This document shows positions 32,061-45,161 of a stretch of 64,000 nucleotides of DNA, piece by piece. Source of the stretch: an uncultured Thermoprotei archaeon (GTDB lineage: Archaea; Thermoproteota; Thermoprotei; Thermofilales; B15-G2). The stretch covers positions 46,924 through 110,923 of the forward strand of contig CBDUKN010000008.1 in assembly GCA_965367815.1 (NCBI GenBank), given 5' to 3'. The notes under the pieces were generated by a model, which saw only the letters and a list, made by a program, of their open reading frames with translations, searched no databases and had not been told where the DNA came from. Numbering within the stretch: position 1 is the first letter of the stretch; each line of letters starts with the position of its first letter. Both the position numbers and the translations under genes were made by a program.

Positions 32061-33075
32061 ATGACATTTATCCGTGAAAGAGAGGTACTTATACGAGACG
32101 AAGAAGAAACGGATCCAAGATATGGAAAACCGCCAAGCGAGCGTACTGTTGAAGAACTTCTTGAACTGGGAGTTATTAACTTAGATAAACCTAGAGGTCC
32201 ATCAAGCCACGAGGTAACTGCATGGGTAAAGAAGATACTCAATGTTCCTAAAGCTGGTCATGCTGGAACCCTAGAGCCCCTTTAGGGGGCGGGGATACCC
32301 TAAAGTCTCAGGTGTCCTTCCTGTAGCATTAAACAGAGCTACTAGAGTTTTAGCAGCTGTTATGAAAGCACCCAAAGAGTATGTGTGCGTAATGAAACTT
32401 CATGGAGAGGTGAGTGAAGAAGATCTAAAAAATGTAGTAAGCGAGTTTATAGGACCTATTTATCAACGTCCTCCTCTCCGGTCTGCTGTTAAAAGAGTAA
32501 TTAGAGTGCGTAGAGTCTACTTAATAGAAATATTGGAAATAAAAATGCCCTATGTCCTTATGAAAATAAGCTGTGAAGCAGGAACATACATACGCAAACT
32601 AGTTCACGATATAGGTGTTGTACTTGGATGCGGAGCACATATGCAGGAACTCAGACGAATACGTGCAGGTCCCTTTTCTGAAGAAGAAAACCTCGCTACA
32701 CTACACGATGTAAAGGACGCCTACGATGAGTGGAAAGAATCTGGGGACTCAAGACTTCTTAAGGAAGTAATTTTACCCGTTGAAAAAGCTGTTGAGCATT
32801 TACCCCATATAGTGATTAGAGATAGTGCAGTGGATGCCATTTGTCATGGAGCTCAATTAGCTGTGCCCGGAATACTACGTGTAGAAACAGGCATTAAGGT
32901 AGGAACACTGGTAGCAATATTTACTCAGAAAGGAGAATTAGTGGCTATAGGAAAAGCTTTGATGAGAAGCGAAGAAATGGCTAGCTCGAGGAGAGGAATA
33001 GCTGTTAAACCTACATGCGTAGTTATGAAACCTGGCACATATCCTCCCATGTGGAAATCTAAATCTAGCAAATAG
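32061..33075 (+). CDS. cbf5: H/ACA pseudouridine synthase Cbf5, intron-split: join(32061..32274,32297..33075), 330 aa
   Basis: [12 protein letters not shown]; GHAGTLD^PKVSGVL restored after 22-nt removal; YQRPP, GTYIR, PUA domain. Confidence 0.95.
32275..32296 (+). other. 22-nt relaxed BHB intron in the catalytic Asp codon of cbf5
   Basis: Central helix CCCT/GGGG, bulges AG^A and AT^A, inner helix GCCCCT/GGGGGC; position matches known crenarchaeal cbf5 introns. Confidence 0.92.
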
Positions 33076-33124
33076 TAAGTAGCAAAGAGTAAGAAATATA
33101 TTTCGCAATAAAAAGAATAAAGAC

Positions 33125-33224
33125 GCCGGGGTGGCCGAGTGGTCTAAGGCGTCGGCCTTGAGACCTCGCGTAGAGAAAGCCGATGGCCCTATGGGCCGCG
33201 TGGGTTCAAATCCCACCCCCGGCG
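33125..33224 (+). tRNA. tRNA-Ser(TGA) with 15-nt intron at 37/38 (33163-33177)
   Basis: Body identical to the tRNA-Ser(GGA) except position 34; intron ACCTCGCGTAGAGAA. Confidence 0.93.
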
Positions 33225-33311
33225 CAAAATCCGTCTTATTTTGAGTAAAACTTATAAACTGTAATGCAAGGAAAATGAGAGATAATAATAGACTATCTGA
33301 AGTGAAGGAAT

Positions 33312-33761
33312 ATGAGCCAGGAATTTAAGTATATAGTAAGAATCGCGGATAAAGATCTTCCAGGAGACCAAAACCTTCCTTATGCACTTGCAAAAATAAA
33401 AGGTATAGGCGTAAACACAGCGATGGCTATATGCAGATATCTGGGCTTATCACCTTATACTAAGCTAGGCACTCTTTCAGCTGAACAGATTAAAAAGATA
33501 GACGAACTAGTTAGAGACTTAACTAAAATAAATCCCCCAAGGTGGTTCGTCAATAGACCAAGAGATCTCTTCACTGGAGAAGACAGGCACTTAGTGGGTT
33601 CAGATCTTATCATCGCTGTAAAAGGAGATATAGAGTTCTTAAAGAAAATTAAATGCTGGAGAGGTATTAGACACGCTCTTGGACTCAAAGTCAGAGGACA
33701 ATGCACTAGAACTACTGGTAGAACCGGAATTACTGTTGGAGTTAAAAGACGTAAGAAGTAA
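33312..33761 (+). CDS. rps13: 30S ribosomal protein uS13
   Basis: IKGIG, WRGIRH, KVRGQ, RTTGR. Confidence 0.97.
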   Translation: MSQEFKYIVRIADKDLPGDQNLPYALAKIKGIGVNTAMAICRYLGLSPYTKLGTLSAEQIKKIDELVRDLTKINPPRWFVNRPRDLFTGEDRHLVGSDLIIAVKGDIEFLKKIKCWRGIRHALGLKVRGQCTRTTGRTGITVGVKRRKK

Positions 33762-33772
33762 GGGGGATATAT

Positions 33773-34294
33773 ATGGGAGACCCTAAAAGACCTAAGAAAA
33801 AGTGGGAAGGTCCGTTTCACCCTTGGAGAAAAGATATTTTAATGCAGGAACTCGAGCTCGTAGGAAAATATGGCTTACGAAATAAGAGAGAACTCTGGAT
33901 AGCAAAGACTATCCTCAGAAAGATTAGAGCAAATGCTAGACGTCTCTTAGCTCTTCCAGAGGAAGAAAGAAAAGTTCGTGAAAAAGAACTCATAAATAGA
34001 CTGTACAAAATGGGCCTTCTCCCATCTCCAGAAGCAACACTAGATGATGTACTTAATTTAACTGTCGAAAATATTCTCGATAGAAGGCTTCAAACCATAG
34101 TCTACAATAAAGGTTTGGCAAAAACAATATACCAGGCAAGGCAATTAATAGTACACGGTCATATTGTGATAGGCGATAGAAGAGTTAGAAGTCCAGGTCA
34201 TCTTGTTTCCATTGAAGAAGAAAACTTAGTAGACCTTCATCCTAATTCTCCCTTTAGAAAAATGTTAGAAGAAGCTAAAGGTGAGGCGGCATGA
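33773..34294 (+). CDS. rps4: 30S ribosomal protein uS4
   Basis: [31 protein letters not shown]. Confidence 0.97.
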   Translation: MGDPKRPKKKWEGPFHPWRKDILMQELELVGKYGLRNKRELWIAKTILRKIRANARRLLALPEEERKVREKELINRLYKMGLLPSPEATLDDVLNLTVENILDRRLQTIVYNKGLAKTIYQARQLIVHGHIVIGDRRVRSPGHLVSIEEENLVDLHPNSPFRKMLEEAKGEAA

Positions 34295-34707
34295 GCGGAG
34301 AAGGCTTAATTGAAAGAGTCAAAAAGGAGAAATGGGGTATTGCACATATATACGCAAGCTTTAATAATACAATTATCATCATCACCGACTTAACAGGCGC
34401 TGAAACTATTGCACGGGCTAGTGGAGGAATGGTAGCTAGAGCTGATAGAGACAAACCAAGCCCCTGGGCAGCAATGCAAGCTGCCATGAGAGCTGCTCAA
34501 GAAGCCTTAGCTAAAGGTATAGTAGGCGTCCACGTAAAGGTCAGAGCCCCCGGTGGATATGGATCAAAAACTCCTGGCCCCGGAGCAGGTCCAGCGATTC
34601 GAGCATTAGTACGCGCAGGTCTACTTGTAGATAGAATAGAGGACATAACACCAACTCCAACAGATAGTATAAGAAAACCTGGCGGAAGAAGAGGAAGAAG
34701 AGTCTAA
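34291..34707 (+). CDS. rps11: 30S ribosomal protein uS11
   Basis: [26 protein letters not shown]. Confidence 0.97.
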   Translation: MSGEGLIERVKKEKWGIAHIYASFNNTIIIITDLTGAETIARASGGMVARADRDKPSPWAAMQAAMRAAQEALAKGIVGVHVKVRAPGGYGSKTPGPGAGPAIRALVRAGLLVDRIEDITPTPTDSIRKPGGRRGRRV

Positions 34708-34712
34708 ATACT

Positions 34713-35573
34713 TTACTCAAAAATTATACTTGCGTATCCTACTACTGCGCTTTTATCTCCAGTAACATCACCTGAAGTCGCGTACTTTAAAAGTCTTATA
34801 TTGTGTTTTTTAAGACCTTCAGCCAAAATCATTACTGTCATTATAGGCCCTACTCCGCATATACTCACATCATTTTCTATAACATAGTTGTAAAAGTCGT
34901 TTATTTTAAGCTCTTTAATCAAATTTATTGCTTTCATATCTTTTACAAGAGCCTTTTCATAAGGCTCATAGTGCGAAAAGTCACTACTCGCTATTACAGC
35001 AAAGACCTTATCTCTGTATTTTTTAATAATGGCTTTTATAGCATTTGCTATGTCTTCTGCTGCTTCAGGTGCTTGAAATCTCATAGCTATAGGTATTATC
35101 TTGAAACTACCTTCAGGGTATATGTACTGGAGGAAAGGTATCTGAACTTCTATTGAGTGCTCATACATATGTGCTAAATTATCGACTTCTAATAGGCTTG
35201 CTGAAGCCACTAGTTCTTTAATAGCGTCTTTATCGAGCTCTACTTCACCTAATGGTGTTCTCCAAGCATCTTCATTCGATACCGCTAAAGCTGAACCTAC
35301 ACCATGATGATTCGGTCCAATTATGATCACTGTATCAACTGTTCCAATTTCAGCAAATCTATAGTACCCATAGCTAGCTACAGGTCCTGAGTACATGTAT
35401 CCTGCATGAGGACTTACCAAAAGTAGTGTAGTTTCAGCTCTTCTTTGAGGTCTTGGAGGTATTTTTCCAACTCCTATTTTATGGAGAAAACACTCTTCAA
35501 TTTGCTTTCTGAGCCCTGAAGGATCACTTTCATAGAAATATCCAGCTACAGCAGGTGATCTAACGTTTCTCAC
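34713..35573 (-). CDS. MEMO1 family (AmmeMemoRadiSam protein B)
   Basis: PAVAGYFY, PHAGYMYSG, GPNH, EHSIEVQ, SSDFSHY, VVGYAS. Confidence 0.94.
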   Translation of the reverse strand: MRNVRSPAVAGYFYESDPSGLRKQIEECFLHKIGVGKIPPRPQRRAETTLLLVSPHAGYMYSGPVASYGYYRFAEIGTVDTVIIIGPNHHGVGSALAVSNEDAWRTPLGEVELDKDAIKELVASASLLEVDNLAHMYEHSIEVQIPFLQYIYPEGSFKIIPIAMRFQAPEAAEDIANAIKAIIKKYRDKVFAVIASSDFSHYEPYEKALVKDMKAINLIKELKINDFYNYVIENDVSICGVGPIMTVMILAEGLKKHNIRLLKYATSGDVTGDKSAVVGYASIIFE

Positions 35574-35602
35574 AAAATACTTTTACACGTACTTGTTAAA
35601 AA

Positions 35603-36247
35603 TTATTCCTGTACTGTTGGGACTTTAGCTTCGAAGTCTTCAGGCGTCTCTGCTAACGTTGCACTAGGCGGGAGTTCTCCACGTTCACGAAGAACCTGAA
35701 CTGTTAGTAGCCAATAAATTAATGCAAGCGCTTTACGTCCTTTATTGTTTGTCGGAATTATAAGTTCTACAAACGAACAATTGCTGTCTGTGTCACAGAG
35801 AGCTATTACAGGTATTCCTTCTTGTGCAGCTTCGCTGAGAGCTTGAGAGTCGGCCCTTGGATCTGTTATGACTAGTAAATCAGCCTCAATAAAATTGGGT
35901 AGACTTGGGTTAGTGAGCGTACCAGGTATGAACCTTCCAACAATAGGTTTGCAGCCAGTGTATGTACAGAACTTCTCAACAGGCTTCTGGCCATACTGTC
36001 TTGCCGATACAACGACTACTTTATGTGGTTCATAGTTAGCAATCATTCTAGCTGCAAGCCTTATTCTTTTGTCGATTTTTGTTATATCTAAGAGTGCTAG
36101 ACCGTCAGGTCTTATTGAATAAATAAATTTTTTCATGTACTTAGTTTTAATATGAGTGCCTACTCTAACGCCTGCTGTTAGATAAACCTCTCGTGGGACA
36201 AGTAGTTCTTCTTCTTTTTTATCTGCTTCTCCACCTATACCCGGCAT
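35603..36247 (-). CDS. rps2: 30S ribosomal protein uS2
   Basis: [22 protein letters not shown]. Confidence 0.97.
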   Translation of the reverse strand: MPGIGGEADKKEEELLVPREVYLTAGVRVGTHIKTKYMKKFIYSIRPDGLALLDITKIDKRIRLAARMIANYEPHKVVVVSARQYGQKPVEKFCTYTGCKPIVGRFIPGTLTNPSLPNFIEADLLVITDPRADSQALSEAAQEGIPVIALCDTDSNCSFVELIIPTNNKGRKALALIYWLLTVQVLRERGELPPSATLAETPEDFEAKVPTVQE

Positions 36248-36252
36248 TGCTC

Positions 36253-37512
36253 TCACCTAATTCTGATTTCAGCCATACGAGCACTTTCCCCAATATATTC
36301 GCTTATTCTTATTAATTCGTTTAACTTAGCTATTCTCTCTCCGTTAACAGTACCTGTTTTAATTATAGGACATCTGAAAGCAACGGCCAAATGAGCTATA
36401 GTCGTATCTTCTGTTTCGCCAGAACGATGACTCATTACAGGAATGTAGTCATTCCGTTTAGCAAGTTCTATAGCTTCGTAAGTATCTGTGAGAGTTCCTA
36501 TTTGATTTGGCTTAATAATAATTGCATTAGCAGCTCCCACTTCAATGCCTCCCGATAACCGTTTTACATTGGTTGTGAATAAATCATCGCCTACTATCAT
36601 AGTTTTTCCTCTAAATTCCTTAGTTAATTTAGCAAAATTTTCGAAGTCTTCCTCATGAAATGGATCTTCAACGTAAATCAGATTATATTCATCGATCAAT
36701 CTTGAGATATATTCATATTGCTCTTCGGGAGTTCTCTCCACCCCCTCTCTTGTATAAACGTATTTTCCTTTGCTCTCATTCCAGAGCGATGATGCTGCAA
36801 TATCTACTCCTACTCTAACTTCAATTCCTGTCTCTTTTTCTACTTCTTCGCAAACTTTAGCAACAATTTTCAAAGCATCTTCATTAGAGAGATTTGCGGT
36901 CCAAGCTCCTTCGTCGTTTTTCCCTCCAGCAAAGTTTGGGTCAACTTTTTTAATGTATTTTGGCAAGTACTTATGGACCGTTACATTGGCTTTAATTGCA
37001 TCGAAGATATTTGTTGCTCCTACAGGCAGAACAAGTATTTCTTGAATATCTTGCGCTACTCCTTTTGAGTGCTTTCCTCCTCCCAGAACATTTCCAAGAG
37101 GATAGGGAAGTTCGCAAGCCATGCTTCCTCCTAGATATTCGAAGAGCTCTAGTGCAAGAGAAGATGCAGCAGCTTTAGCGGTGGCGAGAGACGTCGCTAA
37201 TACAATAGCTCCTCCCAACTTCTCTAGTCGCTCTGTACCATCTATTTCTCGGAGCTTGCTGTCTATTTCTCTTTGCGCAGTAGCGTCTAGACCTACTATT
37301 TCTGGCACTATTTTATCATAAAATGCTTTAATAGCCTCGTCTATGCCTCCTTGGGGGAAAACTGCTACTTCATTTTTTCCAGTACTAGCACCTGCTGGTA
37401 CAGCTGCTTTACCAAATCCATTTTCCGTTATTATTTCGACTTCTACAGTTTCACTACCCCTCGAATTGAATATTTTTCGTGCTACGGCATCTAATATGTA
37501 TGTGCTATACAT
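36253..37512 (-). CDS. eno: Enolase
   Basis: [35 protein letters not shown]. Confidence 0.95.
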   Translation of the reverse strand: MYSTYILDAVARKIFNSRGSETVEVEIITENGFGKAAVPAGASTGKNEVAVFPQGGIDEAIKAFYDKIVPEIVGLDATAQREIDSKLREIDGTERLEKLGGAIVLATSLATAKAAASSLALELFEYLGGSMACELPYPLGNVLGGGKHSKGVAQDIQEILVLPVGATNIFDAIKANVTVHKYLPKYIKKVDPNFAGGKNDEGAWTANLSNEDALKIVAKVCEEVEKETGIEVRVGVDIAASSLWNESKGKYVYTREGVERTPEEQYEYISRLIDEYNLIYVEDPFHEEDFENFAKLTKEFRGKTMIVGDDLFTTNVKRLSGGIEVGAANAIIIKPNQIGTLTDTYEAIELAKRNDYIPVMSHRSGETEDTTIAHLAVAFRCPIIKTGTVNGERIAKLNELIRISEYIGESARMAEIRIR

Positions 37513-37616
37513 AAGCCAGTTTCCTACCTTAGTCGCTTTATATAATTTTTACGGTTTTCACTAAAGCCATTACTTAAGGAAACTATATATACTACCGCCC
37601 AGTTTGGTAGAAATGT

Positions 37617-37838
37617 ATGTTTCCTGTTAGATGTTTTACATGCGGAGCTCTAATAGCAGACAAATGGGAAGAGTATATAAAAAGAGTAAAAGAAGGCGAA
37701 GATCCAGGAAAAGTACTAGATGATTTAGGAATAAAGAGATATTGTTGCAGAAGAATGTTTATTTCCGCTGTAGTCTACATAGATGATGTACTTAAATACG
37801 AAAAGCCTGCCGAAGAAGACAAGGAATACTATCTGTAG
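37617..37838 (+). CDS. rpoN: RNA polymerase subunit N (Rpo10)
   Basis: [15 protein letters not shown]. Confidence 0.97.
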   Translation: MFPVRCFTCGALIADKWEEYIKRVKEGEDPGKVLDDLGIKRYCCRRMFISAVVYIDDVLKYEKPAEEDKEYYL

Positions 37839-38230
37839 CTTTTCTGTCTTTTAGCTCTAGCAGATCTTCCTCTAGGTTTCTTTGGTTCTGCTTGTCTTGG
37901 ATCTTCTACGAGCAGATGTCTGTCATATTCTTCAAAAATTTGTTTAAGCTCGTCTGATTCAAACCACATTACTAGTGCTCTAGCAATAGCAGTTCTTGCT
38001 GCAGACGCTTGACCCATTATACCGCCACCACATGTAGATACTTCTATATCTACTTGATTAACGTACTTTTCTCCGGCTAAAAGTAACGGCTCCATTATTT
38101 TCCATCTTACAAGCTCCGGCTCGTATATCTCTAGAGGAACTCCATTTATTCTCACTCTGCCAATACCAGGTCTTATAGCTACTCTCGCTCTAGCAGTTTT
38201 TCTTCTAGCAGAGACAACAAGTACTTTCAT
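37829..38230 (-). CDS. rps9: 30S ribosomal protein uS9
   Basis: [24 protein letters not shown]. Confidence 0.97.
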   Translation of the reverse strand: MKVLVVSARRKTARARVAIRPGIGRVRINGVPLEIYEPELVRWKIMEPLLLAGEKYVNQVDIEVSTCGGGIMGQASAARTAIARALVMWFESDELKQIFEEYDRHLLVEDPRQAEPKKPRGRSARAKRQKSYR

Positions 38231-38676
38231 GGATTCCACCCGATGCTCTTAGCAACTTCTTCTAAGTATATATATTTATATTTGTCGAGAGGTTTAATGG
38301 CTTCCTGAACTACTTCTTTTGGTTTATCTTTAAATTCATCTGGAACACTGATATATACCCGAAGCCTTTTTAGAGCTATTCTACCTTTGTACTGTTTTCT
38401 AGGCAACATTCCTCGTATCATTCTTTTAAGTATTCTATCAGGTCTTACTGGAAGCTTAGGACCTACTTTCTCCGGATTGTAGTATGTTCTCCAAGTAAGC
38501 CTCTTCTTAAATTTGTTAATTACTCTTAACCTATCGCCTATAATGACTGCTTTTTCAGCGTTAACTATCACTATTCTTTCTCCTTTCAAAAGTCTCTTAG
38601 CTACTACACTGGCGAGTCTACCAGCTACATGATTTTTTGCATCAATTATTGTATACTCAGAGCTTTCTTTGCTCAT
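38227..38676 (-). CDS. rpl13: 50S ribosomal protein uL13
   Basis: GRLASVVAK, NAEKA, IRGMLP. Confidence 0.97.
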   Translation of the reverse strand: MSKESSEYTIIDAKNHVAGRLASVVAKRLLKGERIVIVNAEKAVIIGDRLRVINKFKKRLTWRTYYNPEKVGPKLPVRPDRILKRMIRGMLPRKQYKGRIALKRLRVYISVPDEFKDKPKEVVQEAIKPLDKYKYIYLEEVAKSIGWNP

Positions 38677-38681
38677 CTACA

Positions 38682-39044
38682 TCACCCTATAATCTTAACA
38701 TTTGTTCCTCGAGGATTTCTTCTAATAAGTTCCCTTATAGAAATACATTCACCTCCTGCTTTAATTATCTTCTTTCTGGCTACTGCAGAAAAACGCCATG
38801 CTGCTACTGTCACTGGATGTTCGAGATTTCCCCCGCCAAGTACTTTACCAGGAACCACCACTACATCACCTTTGTTTGTAACTCGAGAAATTCTATCTAA
38901 GTTAACTACGATTCGTTTTCTTCGCGGCTTGTAAAGCAACTCAGCTACTGTACGCCATATAGATGCGCCGTATTGCCTATACGCTTTCTTTAGATCAGAC
39001 ACTAACAATCGTAAATATATGTTAGTAGGCCCTGTTCGCTTCAT
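38682..39044 (-). CDS. rpl18e: 50S ribosomal protein eL18
   Basis: TGPTN, VPGKVLG, KIIKAGG. Confidence 0.96.
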   Translation of the reverse strand: MKRTGPTNIYLRLLVSDLKKAYRQYGASIWRTVAELLYKPRRKRIVVNLDRISRVTNKGDVVVVPGKVLGGGNLEHPVTVAAWRFSAVARKKIIKAGGECISIRELIRRNPRGTNVKIIG

Positions 39045-39246
39045 TTTAACCACGTATTTCAATACCGCTCTTTTAAAAATTTTACCGTAAATGAGCTTAA
39101 TAGCCTTTTGAGAACTAGACAGCTAATATAAACGAAAAATCAAGTTTATACAATATACTGTTTTGATCGAGCTAAGACTATTATTTACCTAGAATACAAA
39201 ACGTAAGGAGAACTCTATTTTAAACCACTTCTATAGGACAATAGTT

Positions 39247-40068
39247 TCAACTCTTACTCAGTAACGATTTTAACTCTGCAGCTTTGTTTTCTATAGCTTC
39301 TAATGCTTTTAAAACTATTACATCCGACGGCAGGGCTCCTAAATTATCGAACCTGAATATGAAAGTTGTATCGTCGTATTCTACTCTGATAGCATTTTCT
39401 GGACACACTTTTTCGCACTCTCGACATAAAGAACATTCTATAGAATTTTTAATGATTACTTTATTGTCTTTAATTTCTAAAACTTTCTTAGGACAGTTTT
39501 CTACACATTCTCCGCAGAGAGAACATTTTGCTTCATCAACCTTAACTAATGGAAAATATTTGTAAGCACAGGCAGCTACAGGCTGCCACTTAACTTTTTC
39601 CTTTCCAAGCCCTAATCTCGCATAAGCTTCCAAGACTATCTTCTGTCCCTTTTCTAGCTTAACTATAGGAATGTTATCTTTTACAGGAAAACTTTTGCCG
39701 TCTTCAGGTATAAGATGAGATGACTGAACTAGTACAGGTCCATCTTTAGCTTCTACTTCAAGGTATAATCTTACTTGACAGCGATTACAGCCAACTCCTC
39801 CGCACTCGCACTTCTCTGGAAGTACATAATCTTCTAGGTCTGTTTTCAGCGGTATTAGTGATAATCTGTGGACTAAAATTTCGTCATAGAGTACTGAGGT
39901 ATTTTCTATAATCACTGCATAGTCGACCGCCAGTATTGGCACTTCTGTTAATATAGCTCTCCTTATAGTATTAGCAATAGTTGGACTTATTCCTCTGATT
40001 ATGAATTTTACTTCCTCATTAAATTTTAATATCTCTATACTTATTTCGCTGTAGTCCATGTTATTCAC
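39247..40068 (-). CDS. rpoD: RNA polymerase subunit D (Rpo3) with ferredoxin-like domain
   Basis: ANTIRR, NTSVLYDE, HRLSLIP, KWQP; two CxxCxxCxxxCP motifs. Confidence 0.96.
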   Translation of the reverse strand: MNNMDYSEISIEILKFNEEVKFIIRGISPTIANTIRRAILTEVPILAVDYAVIIENTSVLYDEILVHRLSLIPLKTDLEDYVLPEKCECGGVGCNRCQVRLYLEVEAKDGPVLVQSSHLIPEDGKSFPVKDNIPIVKLEKGQKIVLEAYARLGLGKEKVKWQPVAACAYKYFPLVKVDEAKCSLCGECVENCPKKVLEIKDNKVIIKNSIECSLCRECEKVCPENAIRVEYDDTTFIFRFDNLGALPSDVIVLKALEAIENKAAELKSLLSKS

Positions 40069-40512
40069 TTATCTTATTGGCTTTTGTTTTCGTCCCCTAA
40101 GCAGTTCTTTTAGTGAAACACCATTGACTTTAATTACTCTAAATCGCACTCCAGGGAGATCGCCGTATGCTCTACCTTCGGGTCCACCTATTCTCTCAAT
40201 TATTACTTCGTCGTGCTCATCAACGAAGTTTAGCGCACCGTCACCGGGGAGAAATGCTGTTACTTGTCTACCGTTTTTGATTAATTGAACACGTACACAT
40301 TTTCTTACTGCGCTATTAGGCTGGCGGCTTTCTATACCTACTTTTTCTATAACTATTCCTCTAGCCATTGGAGCTCCTTCGAGGGGGTCTGCTTTCTTAG
40401 CTATGCCTAGCATTTTTCTCTTGTAGTATATGTCACTCCACCTAAACTTCTTCCTTTTTAGTCTGAGCTTTCTTGCCGCAAATAATCCTTTAGGAGATTT
40501 TGAGCCGGGCAT
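40069..40512 (-). CDS. rps12: 30S ribosomal protein uS12
   Basis: [22 protein letters not shown]. Confidence 0.98.
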   Translation of the reverse strand: MPGSKSPKGLFAARKLRLKRKKFRWSDIYYKRKMLGIAKKADPLEGAPMARGIVIEKVGIESRQPNSAVRKCVRVQLIKNGRQVTAFLPGDGALNFVDEHDEVIIERIGGPEGRAYGDLPGVRFRVIKVNGVSLKELLRGRKQKPIR

Positions 40513-40564
40513 ATCAGTCACCTTATTTTCGTTTGGTTTAAATTTTTTTCTATCGTCTTATTGA

Positions 40565-41002
40565 TCACTCTATGATTACTTTATCTATTCCAAAGTATCT
40601 TTTTGCAAGAATACTTGCCCTACTTATATTTCGGGCATGCTTGCCTATTGCTAGACCCTTCTCCTGCGGAGGAACAGTAACCCTCGCAACTATTCTTCCG
40701 TCACGGTATCTTGTTAGCTCGACGTTTGTTACTTTAGCAGGATATAAGCAATTTTTGATAAGCTCTTTAGGGGTGTCCGCGTACTCAATTACTTCGATAT
40801 TTTTGCCTGTAAGCTGCTGTAGTAGTTTTACATTTCGACCTTCCTTTCCTACTGCTGCACCTACTTGTCCTTTTTCAACAACAAAAATTATTCTGTTTCG
40901 CTCGTGATCTATTACACAATCCTTAACTACTACTCTAGTCAGCGTTTCGAAAAATGCTATATATTTCATTTCTTCTTCAGTTAGCTTAATTACTTTATTC
41001 AT
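40565..41002 (-). CDS. nusA: Archaeal NusA (two KH domains)
   Basis: AVGKEGRNV, AIGKHARNI; conserved L30e-nusA-S12 position. Confidence 0.94.
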   Translation of the reverse strand: MNKVIKLTEEEMKYIAFFETLTRVVVKDCVIDHERNRIIFVVEKGQVGAAVGKEGRNVKLLQQLTGKNIEVIEYADTPKELIKNCLYPAKVTNVELTRYRDGRIVARVTVPPQEKGLAIGKHARNISRASILAKRYFGIDKVIIE

Positions 41003-41006
41003 ATTC

Positions 41007-45160
<4,154 letters not shown>

Positions 45161-45161
45161 T

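Noticed and set aside
32061-33075. cbf5 as two separate genes or a frameshifted pseudogene
   Set aside because: Removal of the 22-nt BHB insert restores the catalytic GTLDPKVSG motif
39400-39540. Ferredoxin-like 2x CxxCxxCxxxCP domain in RpoD as a novelty
   Set aside because: Fe-S domains in archaeal Rpo3 are already well documented
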